Positions 13,601 through 27,000 of a stretch of DNA of 64,000 nucleotides are shown here, piece after piece; position 1 is the stretch's first letter; each line of letters starts with the position of its first letter. The translations under genes and the position numbers were made by a program. The DNA is from Eledone cirrhosa (taxonomy: Eukaryota), in the NCBI GenBank assembly GCA_964016885.1, contig OZ024743.1:142104001-142168000 (forward strand), given 5' to 3'. The notes beneath the pieces were generated by a model, which had not been told where the DNA came from, did no database searches, and saw only the letters and a list, made by a program, of their open reading frames with translations.

Positions 13601-16600
13601 GCTTGGTGTTTGCTGTTTGGTGCTTGGGGCTTGGTGTTTGGTGCTGCGTGCTTGGTGCTTGGTGCTTGGTGCTTGGTGCTTGGTGTTTGGTGTTTGATGA
13701 TTGGTGTTTGGTGTTTGGTGTTTGGTGCTTGGTGCTTGGTGTTTGGTGTTTGATGCTTGCTGCTTGATGCTTGGTGCTTGGTGCTTGGTGTTTGGTGCTT
13801 GGTGCTTGGTGTTTGGTGCTTGGTACTTGGTGTTTGTTGCTTGGTGTTTGGTGTTTGCTGTTTGGTGTTTGGTGTTTGTTGTTTGCTGTTTGGTGTCTGC
13901 TTTTTGGTGTTTGGTGCTGGGTGCTTGGTGTTTGGTGTTTGATGCTTGGTGTTTGATGCTTGGTGCTTGGTGCTTGGTGTTTGGTTTTTGGTGTTTGCTG
14001 TTTGGTGTTTGGTGCTTGGTGCTTGGTGCTTGGTGTTTGGTGCTTGGTGCTTGGTGTTTGGTGCTTGGTGCTTGATGGTTGGTGTTTGTACTTGGTGCTT
14101 GGTGCTTGGTGTTTTGTGCTTGATTCTTGGTGTTTGGTGCTTGGTGTTTGCTGCTTAGTGCTTGGTGTTTGGTGTTTGGTGCTTGGTGTTTGGTGCTTGG
14201 TGCTTGGTGCTTGGTGTTAAGTGTTTGGTGCTTGGTGTTTGATGTTTGGTGCTTCATGCTTGGTGCTTGGTGTTTGGTGCTTGGTGCCCGGTGCATGGTG
14301 TTTGGTGCTTGATGCTTGGTGTTTGGTGTTTGGTGCTTGGTGTTTGGTGCTTGGTGCTTGGTGCTTGGTGTTAGGTGTTAGGTGTTTGATGCTTGGTGCT
14401 TGGTGTTTGGTGTTTGCTGTTTGGTGTTTGGTCTTTGGTGCTTGGTCTTTGGTGCATGGTGTTTGGTGCTTGGTGCTTGGTGTTTGGTGCTTGGTGCCTG
14501 GTGCTTGTTGTTTGGTGATTGGTGCTTGGTGTTTCCTGTTTGGTGTTTGGTGTTTGGTGTTTGCTGTTTTGTGTTTGGTGCTTGGTGCTTGGTGCTTGGT
14601 GTTTGGTGCTTGGTGCTTGGTGTTTGGTGCTTGGTGCTTGATGCTTGGTGTTTGTACTTGGTGCTTGGTGCATGGTGTTTTGTGCTTGATTCTTGGTGTT
14701 TGGTGCTTGGTGTTTGGTGCTTAGTGCTTGGTGTTTGGTGTTTGGTGCTTGGTGTTTGGTGCTTGGTGCTTGGTGCTTGGTGTTTGGTGTTTGGTGCTTC
14801 ATGCTTGGTGCTTGGTGTTTGGTGCTTGGTGCTTGGTGTTTGGTGCTTGTTGCCTGGTGCATGGTGTTTGGTGCTTGATGCTTGGTGTTTGGTGTTTGGT
14901 GCTTGGTGTTTGGTGCTTGGTGCTTGGTGCTTGGTGTTAGGTGTTAGGTGTTTGGTGATTGGTGCTTGGTGTTTGGTGCTTGGTGCTTGATGTTTGGTGC
15001 TTGGTGCTTGGTGTTTGGTGCTTGGTGTTTGGTGCTTGGTACTTGGGGCTTGGTGTTTGGTGCTTGGTGCTTGGTGCTTGGTGTTTGGTGCTTGGTGCTT
15101 GGTGTTTGGTGTTTGGTGCTTGGTGTTTGGTGTTTGGTGCTTGGTGCTTGGTGTTTGGTGCTTGGTGATTAGTGTTTGGTGCTTGGTGCTTGGGGTTTGG
15201 TGTTTGGTGCTTGGTGCTTGGTGTTTGGTGCTTGGTGCTTGGTGTTTGGTGCTTGGTGTTTGGTTTTTGCTGTTTGGTGTTTGGTGTTTGCTGTTTGCTG
15301 TTTGGTGTCTGCTTTTTGGTGTTTGGTGTTTGCTGTATCGTGTTTGCTGTTTCGTGTTAATTGTTTGCTGTTTGGTGTTTGTTGTTTGGTGTTTGGTGTT
15401 TCCTGTTTGGTGTTTAGTCTTTGGTGTTTGGTGTTTGGTGCTTGGTGCTTGGTGTTTGGCGTTTGGTGCTTGGGGCTTGGTGTTTGGTGCTGCGTGCTTG
15501 GTGCTTGGTGCTTGGTGCTTGGTGCTTGGTGTTTGGTGTTTGATGATTGGTGTTTGGTGTTTGGTGTTTGGTGCTTGGTGCTTGGTGTTTGGTGTTTGAT
15601 GCTTGCTGCTTGATGCTTGGTGCTTGGTGCTTGGTGTTTGGTGCTTGGTGCTTGGTGTTTGGTGCTTGGTACTTGGTGTTTGGTGCTTGGTGTTTGCTGT
15701 TTGCTGTTTGGTGTTTGGTGTTTGCTGTTTGCTGTTTGGTGTCTGCTTTTTGGTGTTTGTTGTTTGCTCTATGGTGTTTGCTGTTTCATGTTTGGTGTTT
15801 GCTGTTTGGTGTTTGGTGTTTGCTGTTTGGTGTTTGGTGCTTGGTGTTTGGTGCTTGGTGCTTGTTGTTTGATGATTGGTGCTTGGTGCTTGGTGTTTGC
15901 TGTTTGGTGCTTGGGGCTTGGTGTTTGGTGCTGCGTGCTTGGTGCTTGGTGCTTGGTGCTTGGTGTTTGGTGTTTGATGATTGGCGTTTGGTGTTTGGTG
16001 TTTGGTGTTTGGTGCTTGGTGTTTGGTGTGTGATGCTTGCTGCTTGATGCTTGGTGCTTGGTGCTTGGTGTTTGGTGCTTGGTGCTTGGTGTTTGGTGCT
16101 TGGTACTTGGTGTTTGGTGCTTGGTGTTTGCTGTTTGCTGTTTGGTGTTTGGTGTTTGCTGTTTGCTGTTTGGTGTCTGCTTTTTGGTGTTTGTTGTTTG
16201 CTCTATGGTGTTTGCTGTTTCGTGTTTGGTGTTTGCTGTTTGGTGTTTGGTGTTTGCTGTTTGGTGTTTGGTGCTTGGTGTTTGGTGCTTGGTGCTTGGT
16301 GTTTGGTGCTAGGTGCTTGGTGTTTGGTGCTTGGTGTTTGGTGTTTGGTGCTTGGTACTTGGGGCTTGGTGTTTGGTGCTTGGTGCTTCGTGCTTGGTGT
16401 TTGGTGCTTGGTGCCTGGTGCTTGTTGTTTGGTGATTGGTGCTTGGTGTTTGCTGTTTGGTGCTGCGTGCTTGGTGCTTGGTGCTTGGTGCTTGGTGCTT
16501 GGTGTTTTGTGTTTGGTGTTTGATGCTTGGTGTCTGGTGTTTGGTGCTTGATGCTTGGTGTTTGGTGTTTGATGCTTGGTGCTTGATGCTTGGTGCTTTG

Positions 16601-19600
16601 TGCTTGGTGTTTGGTGCCTGGTGCTTGGTGTTTGGTGCTTGGTGCTTGGTGTTTGGTGTTTGGTGCTTGGTGTTTGGTGCTTGGTGCTTGGTGCTTGGTG
16701 TTAGGTGTTTGCTGCTTCATGCCTGGTGCTTGGTGTTTGGTGCTTGGTGCTTGGTGTTTGGTGTTTGGTGCTTCATGCTTGGTGCTTGGTGTTTGGTGCT
16801 TGGTGCTTGGTGTTTGGTGCTTGGTGCCTGGTGCATGGTGTTTGGTGCTTGATGCTTGGTGTTTGGTGTTTGGTGCTTGGTGTTTGGTGCTTGGTGCTTG
16901 GTGCTTGGTGTTAGGTGTTAGGTGTTTGATGCTTGGAGTTTGCTGTTTGGTGCTTGGTGCTTGGTGTTTGGTGTTTGGTGCTTGGTGTTTGGTGCTTGGT
17001 GCTTGGTGCTTGGTGTTAGGTGTTTGGTGCTTCATGCCTGGTGCTTGGTGTTTGGTGCTTGGTGCTTGGTGTTTGGTGTTTGGTGCTTCATGCTTGGTGC
17101 TTGGTGTTTGGTGCTTGGTGCTTGGTGTTTGGTGCTTGGTGCCTGGTGCATGGTGTTTGGTGCTTGATGCTTGGTGTTTGGTGCTTGGTGCTTGGTGTTT
17201 GGTGCTTGGTGCCTGGTGCTTGTTGTTTGGTGATTGGTGCTTGGTGTTTCCTGTTTGGTGTTTGGTGTTTGGTGTTTGCTGTTTTGTGTTTGGTGCTTGG
17301 TGCTTGGTGCTTGGTGTTTGGTGCTTGGTGCTTGGTGTTTGGTGCATGGTGCTTGATGCTTGGTGTTTGTACTTGGTGCTTGGTGCATGGTGTTTTGTGC
17401 TTGATTCTTGGTGTTTGGTGCTTGGTGTTTGGTGCTTAGTGCTTGGTGTTTGGTGTTTGGTGCTTGGTGTTTGGTGCTTGGTGCTTGGTGCTTGGTGTTT
17501 GGTGTTTGGTGCTTCCTGCTTGGTGCTTGGTGTTTGGTGCTTGGTGCTTGGTGTTTGGTGCTTGGTGCCTGGTGCATGGTGTTTGGTGCTTGATGCTTGG
17601 TGTTTGGTGTTTGGTGCTTGGTGTTTGGTGCTTGGTGCTTGGTGCTTGGTGTTAGGTGTTAGGTGTTTGGTGATTGGTGCTTGGTGTTTGGTGCTTGGTG
17701 CTTGATGTTTGGTGCTTGGAGCTTGGTGTTTGGTGCTTGGTGTTTGGTGCTTGGTACTTGGGGCTTGGTGTTTGGTGCTTGGTGCTTGGTGCATGGTGTT
17801 TGGTGCTTGTTGCTTGGTGTTTGGTGTTTGGTGCTTGGTGTTTGGTGCTTGGTGCTTGGTGCTGGGTGGTTGGTGTTTGGTGCTTGGTGCTTGGTGTTTG
17901 GTGCTTGGTGCTTGGTGCTTGGTGTTTGGTGCTTGGCGCTTGGTGCTTGGTCTTTGGTGCTTGGTGTTTGGTGTTTGGTGCTTGGTGCTTGGTGTTTGGT
18001 GCTTGGTGATTAGTGTTTGGTGCTTGGTGCTTGGGGTTTGGTGTTTGGTGCTTGGTGCTTGGTGTTTGGTGCTTGGTGTTTGGTTTTTACTGTTTGGTGT
18101 TTGGTGTTTGCTGTTTGCTGTTTGCTGTTTGGTGTCTGCTTTTTGGTGTTTGGTGTTTGCTGTATCGTGTTTGCTGTTTCGTGTTTATTGTTTGCTGTTT
18201 GGTGTTTGGTGTTTGGTGTTTGGTGTTTGGTGTTTCCTGTTTGGTGTTTAGTCTTTGGTGATTGGTGCTTGGTGCTTGGTGTTTGGTGTTTGGTGCTTGG
18301 TGCTTGGTGTTTGGTGCTTGGTACTTGTTGTTTGGTGATTGGTGCTTGGTGCTTGGTGTTTGCTGTTTGGTGCTTGGGGCTTGGTGTTTGGTGCTGCGTG
18401 CTTGGTGCTTGGTGCTTGGTGCTTGGTGCTTGGTGTTTGGTGTTTGGTGTTTGATGATTGGTGTTTGGTGTTTGGTGTTTGGTGCTTGGTGCTTGGTGTT
18501 TGGTGTTTGATGCTTGCTGCTTGATGCTTGGTGCTTGGTGCTTGGTGTTTGGTGCTTGGTGCTTGGTGTTTGGTGCTTGGTACTTGGTGTTTGTTGCTTG
18601 GTGTTTGCTGTTTGCTGTTTGGTGTTTGGTGTTTGTTGTTTGCTGTTTGGTGTCTGCTTTTTGGTGTTTGTTGTTTGCTCTATGGTGTTTGCTGTTTCAT
18701 GTTTGGTGTTTGCTGTTTGGTGTTTGGTGTTTGCTGTTTGGTGTTTGGTGCTTGGTGTTTGGTGCTTGGTGCTTGGTGTTTGGTGCTAGGTGCTTCATGC
18801 TTGGTGCTTGGTGCTTGGTGTTTGGTGCTTGTACTTGGGGCTTGGTGTTTGGTGCTTGGTGCTTCGTGCTTGGTGTTTGGTGCTTGGTGCTTGGTGTTTG
18901 GTGTTTGGTGCTTGGTGCCTGGTGCTTGTTGTTTGGTGATTGGTGCTTGGTGTTTGCTGTTTGGTGCCGCGTGCTTGGTGCTTGGTGCTTGGTGCTTGGT
19001 GCTTGGTGTTTTGTGTTTGGTGTTTGATGCTTGGTGTTTGGTGTTTGGTGCTTGGTTCTTGGTGTTTGGTGTTTGATGCTTGGTGCTTGATGCTTGGTGC
19101 TTGGTGCTTGGTGTTTGGTGCTTGGTGCTTGGTGTTTGTACTTGGTGTTTGGTGCTTGGTGTTTGGTGCTTGGTGCTTGGTGTTTGGTGCTTGGTGCTTG
19201 GTGCTTGGTGTTTGGTGTTTGGTGCTTTGTGTTTGGTGCTTGGTGCTTGGTGCTTGGTGTTAGGTGTTTGGTGCTTCATGTCTGGTGCTTGGTGTTTGGT
19301 GCTTGGTGCTTGGTGTTTGGTGCTTGGTGCCTGGTGCATGGTGGTTGTTGCTTGGTGCTTGGTGTTTGGTGTTTGGTGCTTGGTGTTTGGTGCTTGGTGC
19401 TTGGTGTTTGGTGTTTGGTGTTTGGTGCTTGCTGCTTGCTGCTTGGTGTTTGGTGCTTGGTGATTGGTGCTTGGTGTTTGGTGCTTGGTGCTTTGTGTTT
19501 GGTGTTTGGTGTTTGGTGCTTGGTACTTGGGGCTTTGTATTTGGTGCTTGGTGCTTCGTGTTTGGTGTTTGGTGCTTGGTGCTTGGTGTTTGGTGCTTGG

Positions 19601-21015
19601 TGTTTGGTGCTTGGTGCTTGGTGCTGTGTGGTTGGCGTTTGGTGCTTGGTGCTTGGTGTTTGGTGCTTGGTGCTTGGTGCTTGGTGTTTGGTGCTTGGTG
19701 TTTGGTGTTTGGTGCTTGGTGCTTGGTGTTTGGTGCTTGGTGCTTGGTGATTAGTGTTTGGTGCTTGGTGCTTGGGGTTTGGTGTTTGGTGCTTGGTGCT
19801 TGGTGTTTAGTGCTTGGTGCTTGGTGTTTGGTGCTTGGTGTTTGGTGTTTGCTGTTTGGTGTTTGGTGTTTGGTGTTTGCTGTTTGCTGTTTGCTGTTTG
19901 GTGTCTGCTTTTTGGTGTTTGGTGTTTGCTGTATGGTGTTTGCTGTTTCGTGTTTATTGTTTGCTGTTTGGTGTTTGGTGTTTGGTGTTTGGTGTTTCCT
20001 GTTTGGTCTTTAGTCTTTGGTGCTTGGTGTTTGGTGCTTGGTGCTTGGTGTTTGGTGTTTGGTGCTTGGTGCTTGGTGTTTGTTGTTTGGTGTTTTCTGT
20101 TTGGTGTTTGGTGTTTGCTGTTTCGTGTCTGCTTTTTGGTGTTTGGTGTTTGCTGTATGTTGTTTGCTGTTTGCTGTTTGGTGTTTGGTGTTTGGTGTTT
20201 GGTGCTTGGTGCTTGGTGTTTGGTGCTTGGTGCTTGGTGTTTGGTGCCTGGTGCTTGGTGCTTGGTGCTTGGTGTTTGGTGTTTGGTGCTTGGTGCTTGG
20301 TGCTTGGTGTTTTGTGTTTGGTGTTTGGTTTTTGGTGCTTGGTCCTTGGTGTTTGGTGCTGGGTGCTTTGTGTCTGGTGCTTGGTGCTTGGTGTTTGGTG
20401 TTTGCTGCTTGGTGTTTGATGCTTGGTGCTTGGTGCTTGGTGTTTTGTGTTTGGTGCTTGGTGCTTGGTGTTTGGTGATTGGTGCTTGGTGTTTGGTGCC
20501 TGGTGCTTGGTGCTTGGTGCTTGGTCCTTGGTGTTTGGTGCTGGGTGCTTGGTGTTTGATGCTTGGTGCTTGGTGTTTGGTGCTTGGTGCTTGGTGTTTG
20601 GTGCTTGGTGCTGGTTGGTTGGTGTTTGGTGCTTGGTGTTTGGTGCTGGGTGCTTGGTGTCTGGTGCTTGGTGCTTGGTCTTTGGTGCTTGGTGTTTGGT
20701 GTTTGGTGCTTGGTGCTTGGTGTTTGGTGCTTGGTGCTTGGTGTTTAGTGCTTGGTGCTTAGTGTTTGGTGCTAGGTGCTTGGGGTTTGGTGTTTGGTGC
20801 TTGGTGTTTGGTGCTTGGTGCTTGGTGTTTGGTGCTTGGTGTTTGGTGTTTGCTGTTTGCTGTTTGCTGTTTGTTGTTTGGTGTTTGTTGTTTGGTGTTT
20901 GCTGTTTGGTGTTTCGTGTTTGCTGTTTCGTGTCTGCTTTTTGGTGTTTGGTGTTTGCTGTATGTTGTTTGCTGTTTGGTGTTTGGTGTTTGGTGTTTGG
21001 TGCTTGGTGCTTGGT
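2872..21015 (+). repeat. About 9.06-kb tandem higher-order repeat, two near-identical copies (~2872-11925 and ~11925-21015)
   Basis: Colinear ORF pairs show offsets of 9053 (2984/12037, 5329/14382), 9060 (7530/16590), 9081 (9377/18458) and 9072 (10742/19814, 11694/20766). Confidence 0.93.
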
Positions 21016-24000
21016 GTTTGGTGCTTGGTGCTTGGTGTTTGGTGCCTGGTGCTTGGTGCTTGGTGTTTGGTGTTTGGTGTTTGGTGCTTGGTGCTTGGTG
21101 CTTGGTGTTTTGTGTTTGGTGTTTGGTTTTTGGTGCTTGGTGTTTGGTTCTTGGTTCTTGGTGTTTGGTGTTTGGTATTTGGTGTTTGGTGCTTGTTGCT
21201 TGGTGTTTTGTGCTTGGTGCTTGGTGTTTGGTGCCTGGTGCTTGGTGCTTGGTGCTTGGTGTTTGGTGTTTGGTGCTTGGTGCTTGTTGCTTTGGGTGTG
21301 GTGTTTGGTTTTTGGTGCTTGGTGCTTGGTGCTTGGTCCTTGGTGTTTGGTGCTGGGTGCTTTGTGTTTGGTGCTTGGTGCTTGGTGTTTGGTGTTTGCT
21401 GCTTGGTGTTTGATGCTTGGTGCTTGGTGCTTGGTGTTTTGTGTTTGGTGCTTGGTGTTTGGTGCTTGGTGCTTGGTGTTTGTACTTGGTGCTTGGTGCT
21501 TGGTGCTTGGTGTTTGGTGTTTGGTGCTTGGTGTTTGGTGCTTGGTGCTTGGTGCTTGGTGTTAGGTGTTTAATGCTTGGTGCTTGGTGTTTGGTGCTTG
21601 GTGTTTGCTGTTTGCTGTTTGGTGTTTGGTGTTTGGTGTTTGGTGTTTCTGTTTGGTGTCTGCTTTTTGGTGTTTAGTGTTTGCTGTATGGTGTTTGCTG
21701 TTTCGTGTTTGGTGTTTGTTGTTTGGAGTTTGGTCTTTGGTGCTTGGTGCTTGGTGCTTGGTGCTTGGTGCTTGGTGTTTGGTGTTTGGTGTTTGGTGCT
21801 TGGTGTTTGGTGTTTGTTGTTTGGTGCTTGGTGTCTGGTGCTTGGTGTTTGGTGTTTGGTGCTTGGTGTTTGGTGTTCGGTGTTTGGTGCTTGGTGCTTG
21901 GTGTTTGGTGTTCGGTGTTTGGTGCTTGGTGCTTGGTGTTTGGTGTTTGGTTCTTGGTGTTTGGTGTTTGGTGCTTTTTGCTTGGTGCTTGGTGCTTGGT
22001 GTTTGGTGCTTGGTGCTTGGTGTTTGGTGCTGGGTGCTTGGTGCTTGGTGTTTGACTGTTTGGTGCTTGGTGCTTGGTGTTTGGTGTTTGGTGTTATATG
22101 CTTGGTGTTTGATGCTTGGTGCTTGGTGCTTGGTGTTTGGTGTTTGGTGTTTGATGCTTGGTGCTTGGTGCTTGGTGTTTGGTCTTTGGTGCTTGGTGTT
22201 TGTACTTGGTGCTTGGTGCTTGGTGCTTGGTGTTTGGTGCTTGGTGTTTGGTGCTTGGTGCTTGGTGCTTGGTGTTTGGTGGTTGGTGTTTGGTGCTTGG
22301 TGTTAGGTGTTTGGTGCTTGGTGTTTGGTGTTTGGTGCTTGGTGTTTGGTGCTTGGTACTTGGTGCTTGGTGCTTGGTGTTAGGTGTTTGGTGCTTGGTG
22401 CTTGGTGCTTGGTGTTTGGTGCTTGGTGTTTGGTGCTTGGTGCTTGGTGCTTGGTGCTTGGTGCTTGGTGTTTGGTGGTTGGTGTTTGGTGCTTGGTGTT
22501 AGGTGTTTGGTGCTTGATGCTTGGTGTTTGGTGCTTTTTGCTTGGTGCTTGGTGCTTGGTGTTTGGTGCTTGATGCTTGGTGTTTGGTGCTGGGTGCTTG
22601 GTGCTTGGTGTTTGGTGTTTGGTGATTGGTGCTTGGTGTTTGGTGTTTGGTGTTATATGCTTGGTGTTTGATGCTTGGTGCTTGGTGCTTGGTGTTTGGT
22701 ACTTGGTGATTGATGCTTGGTGCTTGGTGCTTGGTGTTTGGTGCTTGGTGCTTGGTGTTTGGTGCTTGGTGCTTGGTGTTTGGTGCTTGGTGTTTGGTGC
22801 TTGGTGTTTGGTGATTGGTGCTTGGTGCTTGGTGCTTGGTGCTTGGTGTTTGGTGTTTGGTGCTTGGTGCTTGGTGTTAGGTGTTTGGTGCTTGGTGCTT
22901 GGTGTTTGGTGTTTGGTGCTTGGTGTTTGGTGTTTGGTGCTTGGTGTTTGGTGCTTGGTACTTGGTGCTTGGTGCTTGGTGTTAGGTGTTTGGTGTTTGG
23001 TGTTTGGTGCTTGGTGTTTGGTGTTTGTTGTTTGGTGCTTGGTGTCTGGTGCTTGGTGTTTGGTGTTTGGTGCTTGGTGTTTGGTGTTCGGTGTTTGGTG
23101 CTTGGTGCTTGGTGTTTGGTGTTCGGTGTTTGGTGCTTGGTGCTTGGTGTTTGGTGTTTGGTGCTTGGTGTTTGGTGTTTGGTGCTTTTTGCTTGGTGCT
23201 TGGTGCTTGGTGTTTGGTGCTTGGTGCTTGGTGTTTGGTGCTGGGTGCTTGGTGCTTGGTGTTTGACTGTTTGGTGCTTGGTGCTTGGTGTTTGGTGTTT
23301 GGTGTTATATGCTTGGTGTTTGATGCTTGGTGCTTGGTGCTTGGTGTTTGTTGTTTGGTGTTTTCTGTTTGGTGTTTGGTGTTTGGTGTTTCGTGTCTGC
23401 TTTTTGGTGTTTGGTGTTTGCTGTATGTTGTTTGCTGTTTGCTGTTTGGTGTTTGGTGTTTGGTGTTTGGTGCTTGGTGCTTGGTGTTTGGTGCTTGGTG
23501 CTTGGTGTTTGGTGCCTGGTGCTTGGTGCTTGGTGCTTGGTGTTTGGTGTTTGGTGCTTGGTGCTTGGTGCTTGGTGTTTTGTGTTTGGTGTTTGGTTTT
23601 TGGTGCTTGGTCCTTGGTGTTTGGTGCTGGGTGCTTTGTGTCTGGTGCTTGGTGCTTGGTGTTTGGTGTTTGCTGCTTGGTGTTTGATGCTTGGTGCTTG
23701 GTGCTTGGTGTTTTGTGTTTGGTGCTTGGTGCTTGGTGTTTGGTGATTGGTGCTTGGTGTTTGGTGCCTGGTGCTTGGTGCTTGGTGCTTGGTCCTTGGT
23801 GTTTGGTGCTGGGTGCTTGGTGTTTGATGCTTGGTGCTTGGTGTTTGGTGCTTGGTGCTTGGTGTTTGGTGCTTGGTGCTGGTTGGTTGGTGTTTGGTGC
23901 TTGGTGTTTGGTGCTGGGTGCTTGGTGTTTGGTGCTTGGTGCTTGGTCTTTGGTGCTTGGTGTTTGGTGTTTGGTGCTTGGTGCTTGGTGTTTGGTGCTT

Positions 24001-27000
24001 GGTGCTTGGTGTTTAGTGCTTGGTGCTTAGTGTTTGGTGCTAGGTGCTTGGGGTTTGGTGTTTGGTGCTTGGTGTTTGGTGCTTGGTGCTTGGTGTTTGG
24101 TGCTTGGTGTTTGGTGTTTGCTGTTTGCTGTTTGGTGTTTGTTGTTTGGTGTTTGTTGTTTGGTGTTTGCTGTTTGGTGTTTCGTGTTTGCTGTTTCGTG
24201 TCTGCTTTTTGGTGTTTGGTGTTTGCTGTATGTTGTTTGCTGTTTGGTGTTTGGTGTTTGGTGTTTGGTGCTTGGTGCTTGGTGTTTGGTGCTTGGTGCT
24301 TGGTGTTTGGTGCCTGGTGCTTGGTGCTTGGTGTTTGGTGTTTGGTGTTTGGTGCTTGGTGCTTGGTGCTTGGTGTTTTGTGTTTGGTGTTTGGTTTTTG
24401 GTGCTTGGTGTTTGGTTCTTGGTTCTTGGTGTTTGGTGTTTGGTATTTGGTGTTTGGTGCTTGTTGCTTGGTGTTTTGTGCTTGGTGCTTGGTGTTTGGT
24501 GCCTGGTGCTTGGTGCTTGGTGCTTGGTGTTTGGTGTTTGGTGCTTGGTGCTTGTTGCTTTGGGTTTGGTGTTTGGTTTTTGGTGCTTGGTGCTTGGTGC
24601 TTGGTCCTTGGTGTTTGGTGCTGGGTGCTTTGTGTTTGGTGCTTGGTGCTTGGTGTTTGGTGTTTGCTGCTTGGTGTTTGATGCTTGGTGCTTGGTGCTT
24701 GGTGTTTTGTGTTTGGTGCTTGGTGTTTGGTGCTTGGTGCTTGGTGTTTGTACTTGGTGCTTGGTGCTTGGTGCTTGGTGTTTGGTGTTTGGTGCTTGGT
24801 GTTTGGTGCTTGGTGCTTGGTGCTTGGTGTTAGGTGTTTAGTGCTTGGTGCTTGGTGTTTGGTGCTTGGTGTTTGCTGTTTGCTGTTTGGTGTTTGGTGT
24901 TTGGTGTTTGGTGTTTGCTGTTTGGTGTCTGCTTTTTGGTGTTTAGTGTTTGCTGTATGGTGTTTGCTGTTTCGTGTTTGGTGTTTGTTGTTTGGTGTTT
25001 GGTCTTTGGTGCTTGGTGCTTGGTGCTTGGTGCTTGGTGCTTGGTGTTTGGTGTTTGGTGTTTGGTGCTTGGTGTTTGGTGTTTGTTGTTTGGTGCTTGG
25101 TGTCTGGTGCTTGGTGTTTGGTGTTTGGTGCTTGGTGTTTGGTGTTCGGTGTTTGGTGCTTGGTGCTTGGTGTTTGGTGTTCGGTGTTTGGTGCTTGGTG
25201 CTTGGTGTTTGGTGTTTGGTTCTTGGTGTTTGGTGTTTGGTGCTTTTTGCTTGGTGCTTGGTGCTTGGTGTTTGGTGCTTGGTGCTTGGTGTTTGGTGCT
25301 GGGTGCTTGGTGCTTGGTGTTTGACTGTTTGGTGCTTGGTGCTTGGTGTTTGGTGTTTGGTGTTATATGCTTGGTGTTTGATGCTTGGTGCTTGGTGCTT
25401 GGTGTTTGGTGTTTGGTGTTTGATGCTTGGTGCTTGGTGCTTGGTGTTTGGTCTTTGGTGCTTGGTGTTTGTACTTGGTGCTTGGTGCTTGGTGCTTGGT
25501 GTTTGGTGCTTGGTGTTTGGTGATTGGTGCTTGGTGCTTGGTGCTTGGTGTTTGGTGGTTGGTGTTTGGTGCTTGGTGTTAGGTGTTTGGTGCTTGGTGT
25601 TTGGTGTTTGGTGCTTGGTGTTTGGTGCTTGGTACTTGGTGCTTGGTGCTTGGTGTTAGGTGTTTGGTGCTTGGTGCTTGGTGCTTGGTGTTTGGTGCTT
25701 GGTGTTTGGTGCTTGGTGCTTGGTGCTTGGTGCTTGGTGCTTGGTGTTTGGTGGTTGGTGTTTGGTGCTTGGTGTTAGGTGTTTGGTGCTTGATGCTTGG
25801 TGTTTGGTGCTTTTTGCTTGGTGCTTGGTGCTTGGTGTTTGGTGCTTGATGCTTGGTGTTTGGTGCTGGGTGCTTGGTGCTTGGTGTTTGGTGTTTGGTG
25901 ATTGGTGCTTGGTGTTTGGTGTTTGGTGTTATATGCTTGGTGTTTGATGCTTGGTGCTTGGTGCTTGGTGTTTGGTACTTGGTGATTGATGCTTGGTGCT
26001 TGGTGCTTGGTGTTTGGTGCTTGGTGCTTGGTGTTTGGTGCTTGGTGCTTGGTGTTTGGTGCTTGGTGTTTGGTGCTTGGTGTTTGGTGATTGGTGCTTG
26101 GTGCTTGGTGCTTGGTGCTTGGTGTTTGGTGTTTGGTGCTTGGTGCTTGGTGTTAGGTGTTTGGTGCTTGGTGCTTGGTGTTTGGTGTTTGGTGCTTGGT
26201 GTTTGGTGTTTGGTGCTTGGTGTTTGGTGCTTGGTACTTGGTGCTTGGTGCTTGGTGTTAGGTGTTTGGTGCTTGGTGCTTGGTGTCTGGTTTTTGGTGC
26301 TTGGTGCTTGGTGTTTGGTGTTTGGTGTTTGGTGTTTGGTGTTTCCTGTTTGGTCTTTAGTCTTTGGTGCTTGGTGTTCGGTGCTTGGTGCTTGGTATTT
26401 GGTGTTTGGTGTTTGGTGCTTGGTGCTTGGTGTTTGGTGCTTGGTGCTTGGTGTTTGGTGTTTGGTGCTTGGTGCTTGGTGTTTGTTGTTTGGTGTTTTC
26501 TGTTTGGTGTTTGGTGTTTGGTGTTTCGTGTCTGCTTTTTGGTGTTTGGTGTTTGCTGTATGTTGTTTGCTGTTTGCTGTTTGGTGTTTGGTGTTTGGTG
26601 TTTGGTGCTTGGTGCTTGGTGTTTGGTGTTTGGTGCTTGGTGTTTGGTGCTTGGTACTTGGTGCTTGGTGCTTGGTGTTAGGTGTTTGGTGCTTGGTGCT
26701 TGGTGCTTGGTGTTTGGTGCTTGGTGTTTGGTGCTTGGTGCTTGGTGCTTGGTGCTTGGTGCTTGGTGTTTGGTGGTTGGTGTTTGGTGCTTGGTGTTAG
26801 GTGTTTGGTGCTTGATGCTTGGTGTTTGGTGCTTTTTGCTTGGTGCTTGGTGCTTGGTGTTTGGTGCTTGATGCTTGGTGTTTGGTGCTGGGTGCTTGGT
26901 GCTTGGTGTTTGGTGTTTGGTGATTGGTGCTTGGTGTTTGGTGTTTGGTGTTATATGCTTGGTGTTTGATGCTTGGTGCTTGGTGCTTGGTGTTTGGTAC

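Noticed and set aside
14378-17794. 1138-aa minus-strand ORF and similar TKHQAPS/TKHQTPN ORFs (1591-3621, 30023-32017, 61877-63940)
   Set aside because: The C/A-rich strand has almost no T, so stop codons are rare. A 7-bp period yields the same heptapeptide in all three frames, and there is no unique domain or codon-position bias.
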